Assembly: GCA_964405715.1 (NCBI GenBank)
Contig: CAYOOW010000002.1
Span: forward strand, 23,597-87,596
Length of the DNA stretch: 64,000 bases
Direction: 5' to 3'
Origin: an uncultured Bacteroides sp.
GTDB lineage: Bacteria > Bacillota > Clostridia > Lachnospirales > Lachnospiraceae
The position numbers were made by a program, and so were the translations under genes. The notes beneath the pieces are model-generated. The model saw only the letters and a list, made by a program, of their open reading frames with translations, searched no databases and was not told the origin of the DNA. Positions 53,761 to 63,378 of this stretch are shown piece by piece. How positions within the stretch are numbered: the first letter of the stretch is position 1; every line of letters starts with the position of its first letter.

Positions 53761-55806
53761 ATGGCAAAGAATCTGGTAATCGTTGAGTCTCCGGCAAAGG
53801 CCAGGACGATAAAAAAATTTTTGGGAACAGGCTATGAGGTCATTGCTTCAAACGGACATATTCGGGATTTGCCTAAGAGTCAGATGGGTATTGATTTTGA
53901 GCATGACTATGAGCCGAAATACATTACGATAAGGGGAAAAGGGGAGCTGCTTTCAGAGCTGAGAAAGGCTGTGAAAAAAGCGGACAAGGTATATCTTGCA
54001 ACTGATCCTGACCGCGAGGGAGAAGCAATTTCTTATCACTTAATGGTTGCATTAAAGCTGGAGAATAAGAATTATAAGAGAATAACTTTTAACGAAATCA
54101 CGAAAAATGCCGTAAAAGCATCCATAAAAAATGCAAGAGAGATTAATATGAATCTGGTGGATGCACAGCAGGCAAGGCGTGTGCTGGACCGAATGGTCGG
54201 ATATTCTATCAGCCCGCTGCTGTGGGAGAAGATAAAAAGAGGCTTGAGTGCAGGACGTGTGCAGTCGGCTGCCTTAAAGCTTATTTGTGACAGAGAAGAG
54301 GAAATCAGTGCATTTATTCCGAAGGAATACTGGAGTCTGGAGGCACTTTTATCGCAGAATAGCGGTCTGAAGCCGGTCAGATTTCACTATGTGAAGGAAA
54401 AGGTGGCAAAGGACGACCTGGATCGCCTGCAGAAGGCCGTGGGTGAGGGCGGAGATTTTGTGGTAACCGGCATCAAAATGACAGAGAAGGTGAAGAAGCA
54501 GCCGGTTCCGTTTACCACCAGTACGATGCAGCAGGAAGCCGGGAAAAAGCTTAATTTTGCGACAGGAAAGACGATGCGGATTGCGCAGCAGCTGTATGAG
54601 GGCATTGATATCAAGGGCCGCGGAAGTATCGGTCTTATCACATATTTGAGAACAGATTCCATCCGCATTTCCGATGAGGCGGATATGAGCGCAAAGGCTT
54701 ATATCGAAGCACAGTATGGCAGGGAATATGTGGGAGAGGTAATGCAGTCCTCAACCGGTAAGAAGATACAGGATGCGCACGAGGCAATCAGACCGACGGA
54801 TATCACTTTGACGCCTGCCATGCTGAAGGAACAGCTGACCAGAGAACAGTTCAGGCTGTATCAGCTTATATACAACCGCTTTCTCGCGAGCAGAATGAAG
54901 CCTGCCATCTATGAGATTAAAACGGTGTCGGCTGAATGTGGGGGCGTTGCCTTCCGCGCATCTTCTTCGCGTGTATCGTTTGAGGGATTTCAGGCGGTTT
55001 ACATCGGTGATGAGGAGAAAACGGAGAACAACAGGCTCGGCAGCATTCACGAAGGGGATAAGCTGACACTGTCGGAGCTTGTTCCGATACAGCATTTTAC
55101 ACAGCCGCCTGCACATTATACGGAGGCGCTGCTTGTCAAGACTATGGAGGAGCTTGGAATCGGAAGACCTTCTACCTACGCGCCGACAATCAGCAATATT
55201 TTAAATAGAAGATATATTGTCAAGGAGAATAAAAATCTGTATGTATCCGAGCTTGGGGAAGCGGTAAATCAGATGATGACACAGGCCTTTCCTGAGATTG
55301 TGGACACGAGCTTTACGGCAAATGTAGAATCTCTTCTGGACAAAATTGAGGCAGGAGAAATCAACTGGAAGGTTGTTATTCGCAATTTCTATCCGGATTT
55401 GGAGACCTCCGTGGAGGAGGCAAAGAAGGAGCTTGACACGGTTACGATAGAGGATGAGGTTTCTGACGTGCAATGTGACCAATGCGGAAGAATGATGGTG
55501 GTTAAATATGGCCCGCACGGAAAGTTCCTCGCCTGTCCGGGCTTCCCGGAATGCAGAAATACAAAGCCGCACTATGAAAAGCTTGATGTCCCCTGCCCGA
55601 AGTGCGGGAAGGACGTTGTGCTGCGGAAAACCCGAAAAGGCAGAAAATACTATGGATGTATTGATAATCCCGACTGCGATTTTATGTCATGGGCGAAGCC
55701 GGCCGCAGAGCATTGCCCGAAATGCGGCAGCTATATGGTTGAAAAGGGGAAAAAGCTTTTATGTGCCGCTGAGGGATGCGGATATTCCTGCGAAAAAAAT
55801 AAATAA
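53761..55806 (+). CDS. topA: DNA topoisomerase I
   Basis: Toprim LVIVESPAKA, DPDREGE, active-site region GLITYLRTDS, C-terminal CxxC zinc ribbons. Confidence 0.97.
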   Translation: MAKNLVIVESPAKARTIKKFLGTGYEVIASNGHIRDLPKSQMGIDFEHDYEPKYITIRGKGELLSELRKAVKKADKVYLATDPDREGEAISYHLMVALKLENKNYKRITFNEITKNAVKASIKNAREINMNLVDAQQARRVLDRMVGYSISPLLWEKIKRGLSAGRVQSAALKLICDREEEISAFIPKEYWSLEALLSQNSGLKPVRFHYVKEKVAKDDLDRLQKAVGEGGDFVVTGIKMTEKVKKQPVPFTTSTMQQEAGKKLNFATGKTMRIAQQLYEGIDIKGRGSIGLITYLRTDSIRISDEADMSAKAYIEAQYGREYVGEVMQSSTGKKIQDAHEAIRPTDITLTPAMLKEQLTREQFRLYQLIYNRFLASRMKPAIYEIKTVSAECGGVAFRASSSRVSFEGFQAVYIGDEEKTENNRLGSIHEGDKLTLSELVPIQHFTQPPAHYTEALLVKTMEELGIGRPSTYAPTISNILNRRYIVKENKNLYVSELGEAVNQMMTQAFPEIVDTSFTANVESLLDKIEAGEINWKVVIRNFYPDLETSVEEAKKELDTVTIEDEVSDVQCDQCGRMMVVKYGPHGKFLACPGFPECRNTKPHYEKLDVPCPKCGKDVVLRKTRKGRKYYGCIDNPDCDFMSWAKPAAEHCPKCGSYMVEKGKKLLCAAEGCGYSCEKNK

Positions 55807-55868
55807 TTTTAAAATATTTTGTGGCATTTCATATTTTTGTTGCTGAAACGCACAAAATATGGTACTAT

Positions 55869-55910
55869 AAATATCGTATGGAGAGTGACAGGACTGTCCG
55901 TACGATATTT
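55869..55910 (+). promoter_or_regulatory. 13-bp-stem hairpin (AAATATCGTATGG / CCGTACGATATTT) just upstream of the codY RBS
   Basis: Read directly. One G-U pair and a 16-nt loop. Either a topA terminator or a codY leader element. Confidence 0.3.
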
Positions 55911-55931
55911 TGGATATTACAGGTGTTCCGT

Positions 55932-56717
55932 ATGAGTGTCCGGCTGCTAGACAGGATCAGAAAAGTGAATAGGCTGCTGCATAACAACGCCGGTTACAGG
56001 ATTGCAACTGATGAGTTGTGCGGTCTGTTTGGGACACTGATGCATTCAAATGTATTGGTTACAGACAGACAGGGGAAGGTAATCGGCATGTACACAGACC
56101 AGAATATTCCCGTGATTGGACCTTTCGGAGAGCTCGACATGGATTCGGTGATAGAAGCTGCATTAAATGAGCGCTTTATGTCAGTGCTGTCCACAAAGGA
56201 AAATGTAAATCTGAGCATGATAGGCTTGGAATGTGACGAGGACGATTTGTATGAGGCCATTATTCTTCCTGTTGACATGGCAGGGGAACGCTTGGGAACA
56301 GTTTTTGTATACAGGATTAAGAATCCGTATGAAATTGACGATATCATTCTGGGAGAATATGTCACCACGATTGTGGCCATGGAACTGTTGCATGATCTAT
56401 ATGATGCCGGTTTATATAACACGAACAGGAAAAGGCTGGTTTACACGGCACTGCATTCTCTTTCCGAGTCTGAGATACACGCCGCAAGGTGTGTGCTTGA
56501 CGCGTATGAAAAGACAAAGGGGGTACTGGTGACAAGCCGGGTTGCTGAGGAATACGGGATAACCCGTTCTGTGATTGTTAATGCCATCAAGAAGCTGAAT
56601 AGCGCAGGCGTAATTCAATCGAGGTCTCTGGGTGTGAAGGGCACCGCCATTCGGATTGAAAATGAATACATCAAGGAGGCTCTTGCTCATTGGGACACCG
56701 GCGATAATTTAAGATAA
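55932..56717 (+). CDS. codY: GTP/BCAA-sensing global repressor CodY
   Basis: GAF-like N-terminus (LLDRIRKVNRLL...) and the conserved HTH ASRVAEEYGITRSVIVNAIKKLNSAGVIQSRSLGVKGT. RBS AGGTG. Confidence 0.95.
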   Translation: MSVRLLDRIRKVNRLLHNNAGYRIATDELCGLFGTLMHSNVLVTDRQGKVIGMYTDQNIPVIGPFGELDMDSVIEAALNERFMSVLSTKENVNLSMIGLECDEDDLYEAIILPVDMAGERLGTVFVYRIKNPYEIDDIILGEYVTTIVAMELLHDLYDAGLYNTNRKRLVYTALHSLSESEIHAARCVLDAYEKTKGVLVTSRVAEEYGITRSVIVNAIKKLNSAGVIQSRSLGVKGTAIRIENEYIKEALAHWDTGDNLR

Positions 56718-56763
56718 GTAATTCTGAAAAAGGATGTTCAGAGTATATAAGTGGTGTTGTGCA

Positions 56764-56796
56764 AAAGGATTTGTGAGAATGCTCATGAGTCCTTTT
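56764..56796 (+). terminator. 14-bp hairpin (3 G-U pairs, AATG loop) ending in TTTT between codY and flgB
   Basis: AAAGGATTTGTGAG-AATG-CTCATGAGTCCTTTT, read directly. It is 47 nt after the codY stop and 30 nt before the flgB ATG. Confidence 0.45.
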
Positions 56797-56825
56797 AAAG
56801 TGTAAAATGAAACGGAGGAAAACGA

Positions 56826-57224
56826 ATGATTAACACGGACATTTACAACTATATTAATATTCTGGACAAGGCTGCGGATGCATCTAATTTGAGGAATGAA
56901 TTAATCAGTAATAATATATCAAATGTTGATACGCCGAATTACAAGAGAAAGGATATTAATTTTGAATCGATACTTCAGGCTGAGCTCGGCGGGGAGAAGA
57001 GCCTGTATCAGGCGGTGAAGTCGGCAAATGAGGACCTGACGACACTTGATCCTCAGGTATATACAGACAATTCGTCCTTATCCTACCGCTTGGATGGAAA
57101 TAATGTGGATATTGCAACGGAGGAGGCTTATCTGGCAGAGAACCAGGTTAAATATCAGGCGCTGATTGACTTGATGAATCAGGAATTTTCAAGATATAAG
57201 TCTGTATTGAGCAGTTCATCGTAA
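56826..57224 (+). CDS. flgB: Flagellar basal-body rod protein FlgB
   Basis: NNISNVDTPNYKRKD motif, size and position. Confidence 0.93.
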   Translation: MINTDIYNYINILDKAADASNLRNELISNNISNVDTPNYKRKDINFESILQAELGGEKSLYQAVKSANEDLTTLDPQVYTDNSSLSYRLDGNNVDIATEEAYLAENQVKYQALIDLMNQEFSRYKSVLSSSS

Positions 57225-57285
57225 TGCTTTGCGATATAGTTTTGTTGTGAGAAAATGAATTTGAATTTAGTCAGGAGGTAACAGG

Positions 57286-57726
57286 ATGGGTGTTTTTTCA
57301 GCGATGAATGTGGCTGCCACCGGTATGACGGCGCAGCAGCTCCGGATGGATGTAATTTCAGAAAATATTGCAAATGCCAGCACGACGCGTACCGAGGATG
57401 GCGAGGCATACAGGCGCAAGATGGTTGTATTTTCAGAAAAGGATACTACATCCTTCGATCATATATTAAACGGATATCTGAGCCATTATCAGCCTAATGG
57501 TGTGAAGGTTACACAGATTGTGGAGGATCAATCGGATCTCAGACTTGTCTATGAACCGGATAACCCTGATGCCAACGAGGATGGATATGTGGAATACCCG
57601 AACGTGGATACGGTTACGGAGATGACAAATTTAATTGATTCAAGCCGCGCATACGAGGCGAACGTGACATCCTTCAATGCCGCAAAAAGCATGGCAATGA
57701 AGGGATTAGAGCTATTTACGAGTTAG
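57286..57726 (+). CDS. flgC: Flagellar basal-body rod protein FlgC
   Basis: SAMNVAATGMTAQQLRMDVISENIANASTT and C-terminal SSRAYEANV. Confidence 0.95.
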   Translation: MGVFSAMNVAATGMTAQQLRMDVISENIANASTTRTEDGEAYRRKMVVFSEKDTTSFDHILNGYLSHYQPNGVKVTQIVEDQSDLRLVYEPDNPDANEDGYVEYPNVDTVTEMTNLIDSSRAYEANVTSFNAAKSMAMKGLELFTS

Positions 57727-57738
57727 GAGTGATTTTAA

Positions 57739-58086
57739 ATGTCAGTTACACCGGTTTCTTTATACAGTGATGAGTTTACAACATTAAACAGCATTGACGG
57801 CATGAGCAGTATCGCCTCGGCAGAGAGAGCTGACAGGACATCCGAAACAGAGGGAACAGCTTCCTTTGATTCCATTTTAAATGCAGCGGTTGACATGTAT
57901 AAGGAGGCTGATTCCCTGCAGAAATCCGCGGAATCGGCCGAGATGAGCTTTGCCCTTGGGTACACGGACAGTATTCATGATTTAGCGGTGGCACAGCAGA
58001 AAGCGAATATATCGTTGCAATATACGGTTAAGGTGACGAATGCGGTTGTTTCTGCATATAAAGAGCTTATGAATATGCAGTTGTAG
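57739..58086 (+). CDS. fliE: Flagellar hook-basal body protein FliE
   Basis: Size (115 aa), position between flgC and fliF, and C-terminal VKVTNAVVSAYKELMNMQL. Confidence 0.88.
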   Translation: MSVTPVSLYSDEFTTLNSIDGMSSIASAERADRTSETEGTASFDSILNAAVDMYKEADSLQKSAESAEMSFALGYTDSIHDLAVAQQKANISLQYTVKVTNAVVSAYKELMNMQL

Positions 58087-58111
58087 CATCTGATTACCTG
58101 CGGAGGCATAT

Positions 58112-59713
58112 ATGAGGGATTGGTTTAAGCAACTTCCATCCAAGATAGTTGAATTCTGGAATCGATATACGGCAAAACAAAAGACCTTGTTTTTTTCAGT
58201 GGTGGCGGCGGTTGTGATTACGCTGGTTGCACTGTTTCTTTTGTTGAATAGAACTACATATACACGTCTCGGGACGTATGATGATACGGCTGCTGCGGCA
58301 CAGGTGACAGATCTCCTGGACGAAAACGGGATTACATACAGGGTATCTGACGATGCGCTTTCCATTGATGTGGACGAGAACCAGCTGTCTCAGGCAAGAT
58401 TGCTGCTCGGGGAAAATGGCATCAGCAGCAGCGTCAATAATACGGATTATGACTGGCTGTTTGATAACAGCTTTAATACAACCGATTCTGAGAAGAAGCT
58501 GAAGGCAAAGATTAATCTGCAGTCGGATATGGAACAGGATATCCGTACGATAGAGGGCGTCACGAAGGCATCGGTTACAATTAATCTGCCGGATAACACG
58601 AATACAATTTATTCTAATGACGAGAGTGCATCTGTCAGCATCATGCTGACAACAAACAGTAATTTCAGCCGTGACAGCGCAAAGACGATTGCAGAGTATG
58701 CAAAAGGCTGTGTCGGCAATGCGAACACGGATGGTATTACAATCATTGATAATCAGGGTACCTTGCTTTTTTCCGGGGCAAGCACCAGCAGTACTTCCTA
58801 TGATGTGTTGCAGATTGAGCAGCAGGTTGAGGAGTATTATAACAGTAAACTGTGGAATCTGATGGTCAATTCGGGTGTGTATGATGAGGTATCCGTAGCG
58901 TCCAATCTGGCTGTCAACGTATCTCCGGGGGAGATATACAACATAGAGTATTATTCAAACGATGATGATGACACCGGACCGGTGGCGTCACATTACTATT
59001 ATCTGGCCGAGAACACGGACGGCACGGGCGGCGTTGTAGGAACGGACGCGAACGGTGAGGAGATTACGGATTATGATTTGCTGGATGATTCATACGGAGA
59101 GTCAACGTTGAGCCTCCTCAAGGAGACATATGAAACAAGCTATACGGAGACGACGAAGGTTGAACAGGTCGGCGAGGTTGACATGACCAATTCCAGTATG
59201 GCGATGTATCTGACAAAATATCAGATATATAATGAGGAAGATATGGAGGAACAGGGACTTCTGAAGGATCAGACATTTGCTGAATTTCAGGCGTCAAATT
59301 CCGAGGTGACAGAGAATGTGAATCCGGAAGAAATCGTTACCATGCTTGCCACGGCAACCGGGATGCGTGAGGCAAATGTGTATGTTGTAGAGCGTATGGT
59401 TCCGATTTTTTATCCGAAGGAGGAGACAGCTGTCCCGGTACAGAGTATTATCTCAATTGTGCTCGCCGCGATTATCGGTGCATTGCTTTTGTTTGTGGTA
59501 TTCAAGGGCATGAAGCCGGAGGAGGTTGTGGAGGTTGAACCGGAGCTTTCTGTTGAGGCCCTGCTTGCAACAACGAAAGAAAATCAGACACTTGATGATA
59601 TAGAGTTTAGCGATAAGTCAGCATCTAAGCTGCAGATTGAGAAGTTTGTGGATGAGAATCCGGAGGCGGTTGCATCTCTGCTCAGAAATTGGCTGAATGA
59701 TGATTGGGAGTGA
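58112..59713 (+). CDS. fliF: Flagellar M-ring protein FliF
   Basis: N-terminal and C-terminal TM segments, YscJ/FliF-like periplasmic region, synteny. Confidence 0.93.
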   Translation: MRDWFKQLPSKIVEFWNRYTAKQKTLFFSVVAAVVITLVALFLLLNRTTYTRLGTYDDTAAAAQVTDLLDENGITYRVSDDALSIDVDENQLSQARLLLGENGISSSVNNTDYDWLFDNSFNTTDSEKKLKAKINLQSDMEQDIRTIEGVTKASVTINLPDNTNTIYSNDESASVSIMLTTNSNFSRDSAKTIAEYAKGCVGNANTDGITIIDNQGTLLFSGASTSSTSYDVLQIEQQVEEYYNSKLWNLMVNSGVYDEVSVASNLAVNVSPGEIYNIEYYSNDDDDTGPVASHYYYLAENTDGTGGVVGTDANGEEITDYDLLDDSYGESTLSLLKETYETSYTETTKVEQVGEVDMTNSSMAMYLTKYQIYNEEDMEEQGLLKDQTFAEFQASNSEVTENVNPEEIVTMLATATGMREANVYVVERMVPIFYPKEETAVPVQSIISIVLAAIIGALLLFVVFKGMKPEEVVEVEPELSVEALLATTKENQTLDDIEFSDKSASKLQIEKFVDENPEAVASLLRNWLNDDWE

Positions 59714-59718
59714 CGATT

Positions 59719-60738
59719 ATGTCAGGAATAAACAGCATTTCAGATATATCGGGTGTGCAGAAGGCTGCGATTCTTTTGATTGCACTCGGGCCGGAGCGAT
59801 CGGCACAGGTGTTCAAGCATCTGAAGGATGACGAGATTGAACAGCTGACGCTGGAAATTGCCAATACGAAAAGTGTTCCGTCGGATTTGAAAGACGAGGT
59901 ATTGGATGAGTTTTATGAGGTCTGTCTGGCTCAGCAGTACATTGCCGAGGGCGGTATCGCCTATGCAAAAGAACTGCTTGATAAGGCACTGGGTGAGGAC
60001 CGTGCAAGAGATGTAATCGGCAAGCTGACAGCGTCTCTTCAGGTACGTCCGTTTGAGTTTGTGCGTAAGGCTGATCCGGGTCAGCTGCTCAATTTTATTC
60101 AGGACGAGCATCCGCAGACGATAGCCCTTATTCTGGCATATCTGCCGTCAGCGCAGGCAGCTGCGGTAGTGGGCGCTCTGGCACCGGAGAAACAGGCTGA
60201 CGTTGCAAGAAGAATTGCAACGATGGACAGGACAAGTCCGGATATGATAAAAGAGGTTGAGAAGGTGTTGGAGAAGAAGCTGGCATCTCTGGTAAATCAG
60301 GATTACACAATTGTCGGCGGTGTGGATTCGATTGTAAGTATTTTGAATACGGTTGACAGAAGTACCGAGAAGCATATCATGGAAAATCTGGAGGTCGAGG
60401 ATCCGGAGCTGGCAGACGAGATAAGAAGGAAGATGTTTGTATTCGAGGATATTCTGCTGCTTGATAACCGCTCGATTCAGACCGTGCTCCGAGAGGTGGA
60501 TAACAATGAGCTTGCTATTGCCTTGAAGAATGCAAATGATGATGTTCAGAAGATTATATTTGACAACCTTTCTTCGCGTCTTGCAACGATGATAAAAGAG
60601 GATATGGAATTTATGGGACCTGTGCGTTTAAAGGATGTGGAGGACGCGCAGCAGAAGATTGTAAATATTATCAGAAAGCTGGAGGATGCAGGCGAAATCG
60701 TTATTTCCCGTGGCGGAGGTGACGAGATAGTTGTCTAA
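59719..60738 (+). CDS. fliG: Flagellar motor switch protein FliG
   Basis: GVQKAAILLIALG, MFVFEDI, and the C-terminal motor-interaction domain. RBS GGGAG before the ATG at 59719. Confidence 0.95.
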   Translation: MSGINSISDISGVQKAAILLIALGPERSAQVFKHLKDDEIEQLTLEIANTKSVPSDLKDEVLDEFYEVCLAQQYIAEGGIAYAKELLDKALGEDRARDVIGKLTASLQVRPFEFVRKADPGQLLNFIQDEHPQTIALILAYLPSAQAAAVVGALAPEKQADVARRIATMDRTSPDMIKEVEKVLEKKLASLVNQDYTIVGGVDSIVSILNTVDRSTEKHIMENLEVEDPELADEIRRKMFVFEDILLLDNRSIQTVLREVDNNELAIALKNANDDVQKIIFDNLSSRLATMIKEDMEFMGPVRLKDVEDAQQKIVNIIRKLEDAGEIVISRGGGDEIVV

Positions 60739-61513
60739 TTTATATAAATCGGGCGTTCAGAATATGTCAGTGAAACAGGGAGACACATTTTTCTTTGATG
60801 CCGGCAATCACAAAAAAAACAAGACGCCGGAGCCTGCCGGAAGGATTATCCGTTCTGTTGAGAAAGAGGAAGAGGAACGGACGGAGGGCGCTAACAGCAT
60901 CCTTTTGAGTGACGCGATGGATAAGGCAAAGGTATTGCGGGATGATGCGATGGTCCGTGCAGCGAATATTATATCCGATGCGGAGAAGGAGGCAGAGCAG
61001 ATTGCTGAACAGGCAAGACAGGAAGGCTATGAGCAGGGACTGAAAGAGGGCAATATGGAGGCAATGAAGCGTGCCGATAAATATCTGTCCGATATTCATA
61101 AGGAACAGGATATATTGCTTCAGAAAAATCAGGAGGAACTGCAAAAACAAATAGAAAAGGCTGAACATGACATGGTTGATGTGACCTGTGATTTGATAAC
61201 AAAGCTGACGGGAATCCTGGTTTCTGAATACAAACCGGTCATGCTTTATATGATTAATCAGGCGTTAAGTAATGCTGAGACCAGCAAAAGGTTTGTGATT
61301 CATGTTGCGGAGGAGACTTATCCTTATATTGCGGACAATCATGACAGACTGGTCGGTGCGGCAAATCCGGGTATTGAGATAGAAATATACGGTGACAGTA
61401 AAATGGATAGAAGCGCCTGTCAGATTGATACTGATAACGGAATAATAGATTTATCGATGGATGTTCAGGTTAAGAATCTGATTACGGCAATAAGGCTGCT
61501 GTCAGATTCGTAG
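60731..61513 (+). CDS. fliH: Flagellar assembly protein FliH
   Basis: Charged coiled-coil region (AEKEAEQIAEQARQEGYEQGLKEG) and synteny. The start is uncertain (TTG 60731 or ATG 60764). Confidence 0.85.
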   Translation: MSNLYKSGVQNMSVKQGDTFFFDAGNHKKNKTPEPAGRIIRSVEKEEEERTEGANSILLSDAMDKAKVLRDDAMVRAANIISDAEKEAEQIAEQARQEGYEQGLKEGNMEAMKRADKYLSDIHKEQDILLQKNQEELQKQIEKAEHDMVDVTCDLITKLTGILVSEYKPVMLYMINQALSNAETSKRFVIHVAEETYPYIADNHDRLVGAANPGIEIEIYGDSKMDRSACQIDTDNGIIDLSMDVQVKNLITAIRLLSDS

Positions 61514-61554
61514 ATGGCTGCCGAGCCGGATATATACTTCCGGATGCGACAGCC

Positions 61555-62889
61555 ATGCTTGATATTATGGTGATTGATATGGGTGCAGGATTTGATATAA
61601 CAGCATACAGAGCGTTGATTGACAGAGATTATACGGAACACTATGGGAAGGTGAGTAAGGTGGTCGGCCTGACGATTGAGTCGGTGGGACCACCGTGCAA
61701 TCTGAATGATTTGTGCAGAATTGTTTCAAAGGACGGTTCTGTTCAGGCAATGGCAGAGGTGGTGGGTTTCAAGGATAACAAGGTCCTGCTGATGCCGTTT
61801 GACTCGGTAGATGGAATCGGACTTGGAGCAGTGGTAAAAAATACAGGAGAGGTTTTGAAGGTTCCCGTGGGAGAACAGCTGCTTGGAAAGGTGCTTGACG
61901 GAATCGGAAGACCGATGGACGGAGCTTTGTTTGAGACGACGGATGCATATCCGATAGATGCGGTACCGCCTGATCCGTTGAAAAGGAAATTGATTGACGA
62001 GGTGTTACCCCTTGGGGTTAAGGCTGTAGATGGGCTCCTGACGCTCGGAAAGGGACAGAGAATCGGTATTTTTGCAGGCTCAGGCGTCGGAAAAAGTACA
62101 CTGCTCGGTATGTTTGCCAGAAATACCCGCGCGGACATAAATGTGATTGCATTGATAGGGGAGCGTGGCAGGGAGGTTAGGGAGTTTATTGAACGCGATT
62201 TGGGAGAGGAAGGAATGAAGCGTTCGGTTGTTGTCGTTGCAACATCTGATAAACCGGCATTGCTCCGCAATAAAGCTGCCAAGACAGCGACCGCGATAGC
62301 AGAGTATTTCCGTGATCAGGGGAAGGACGTGCTGCTTATGATGGATTCCATGACTCGTTTTTCAATGGCACAGAGAGAAATTGGTCTGGCATCGGGAGAA
62401 CCGCCGGTAACCAGAGGGTATCCGCCGTCTGTTTATTCTGAGATGCCTAAGCTGCTTGAGCGCGCGGGCAATACATACGATGGCTCTATTACGGGACTGT
62501 ATACTGTACTTGTGGATGGTGATGATTTTAATGAACCAATCACGGATACAGCACGAGGCATATTGGACGGACATGTGGTTCTGTCAAGGCGACTTGCACA
62601 GAAAAATCACTACCCGGCGATTGATGTGCTGGCAAGTATATCGAGGTGCATGAGCGCTGTGGCGGATAAAAATCATAAGAGCAAGGCCGGCATGTTAAAA
62701 AATGTGCTGGCAACCTATAATGATGCGGAGGACCTGATTAATATAGGGGCATATCGTCCCGGTTCAAACAAGGATATCGATTATGCAATAACAAAAATAG
62801 ACAAGGTGAATGAATTTTTGATGCAGGACGTTGATACAAAATATTTATTTGAGGATGAAATACAAATGCTGAACGATATATTTGAGTGA
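61555..62889 (+). CDS. fliI: Flagellum-specific ATPase FliI
   Basis: Walker A GSGVGKSTLLGM, Walker B LLMMDSMTRF, F1-ATPase-like fold. Confidence 0.96.
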   Translation: MLDIMVIDMGAGFDITAYRALIDRDYTEHYGKVSKVVGLTIESVGPPCNLNDLCRIVSKDGSVQAMAEVVGFKDNKVLLMPFDSVDGIGLGAVVKNTGEVLKVPVGEQLLGKVLDGIGRPMDGALFETTDAYPIDAVPPDPLKRKLIDEVLPLGVKAVDGLLTLGKGQRIGIFAGSGVGKSTLLGMFARNTRADINVIALIGERGREVREFIERDLGEEGMKRSVVVVATSDKPALLRNKAAKTATAIAEYFRDQGKDVLLMMDSMTRFSMAQREIGLASGEPPVTRGYPPSVYSEMPKLLERAGNTYDGSITGLYTVLVDGDDFNEPITDTARGILDGHVVLSRRLAQKNHYPAIDVLASISRCMSAVADKNHKSKAGMLKNVLATYNDAEDLINIGAYRPGSNKDIDYAITKIDKVNEFLMQDVDTKYLFEDEIQMLNDIFE

Positions 62890-62916
62890 TGCTTCAGTAT
62901 GAATTGAGGTGGTTAG

Positions 62917-63375
62917 ATGGCTAAGTTCATTTATAGAATGCAGAATATACTGGATATCAAGATGAAATTGGAGGAGACTGCTAAACAGGAGTATGCAGAG
63001 GCCAGACACCGTCTCGATGATGAGGAAAGGAAGCTTGATGCACTGCGTAACAGGAGGAGGATATATTATGAACAGTACAGGCAGGCTATACAGGGAGCGC
63101 TTGATTTCCTCGAGATAGAGAGCGGAGGAAATGCTCTGGATGTCATGGATGATATGATTGCCGGACAGGAGGAGGCGGTAAGAGGACGCAGCAAGGAACT
63201 GGAACAGGCGAGACAAAAGCTGAATCAGATTATGCAGGAGAGAAAGATGCATGAGAAGCTGAAGGAAAAGCAGTTTGATGTGTTTAAATTGGAGTTAAAC
63301 GCGCAGGAGGGTAAAGTGACGGATGAGGTAGCAGGATATCAGTTTAATCACGCGGGACGAGATATGGAGGAATAG
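62917..63375 (+). CDS. fliJ: Flagellar export chaperone FliJ
   Basis: About 150-aa coiled-coil protein directly after fliI. RBS GAGGTGG. Confidence 0.85.
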   Translation: MAKFIYRMQNILDIKMKLEETAKQEYAEARHRLDDEERKLDALRNRRRIYYEQYRQAIQGALDFLEIESGGNALDVMDDMIAGQEEAVRGRSKELEQARQKLNQIMQERKMHEKLKEKQFDVFKLELNAQEGKVTDEVAGYQFNHAGRDMEE

Positions 63376-63378
63376 GCT

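Noticed and set aside
56718-56825. c-di-GMP (GEMM) riboswitch upstream of flgB, as in Clostridioides difficile.
   Set aside because: The spacer is only 108 nt and shows none of the conserved GEMM helices or tetraloop-receptor features. Only a simple hairpin is present.
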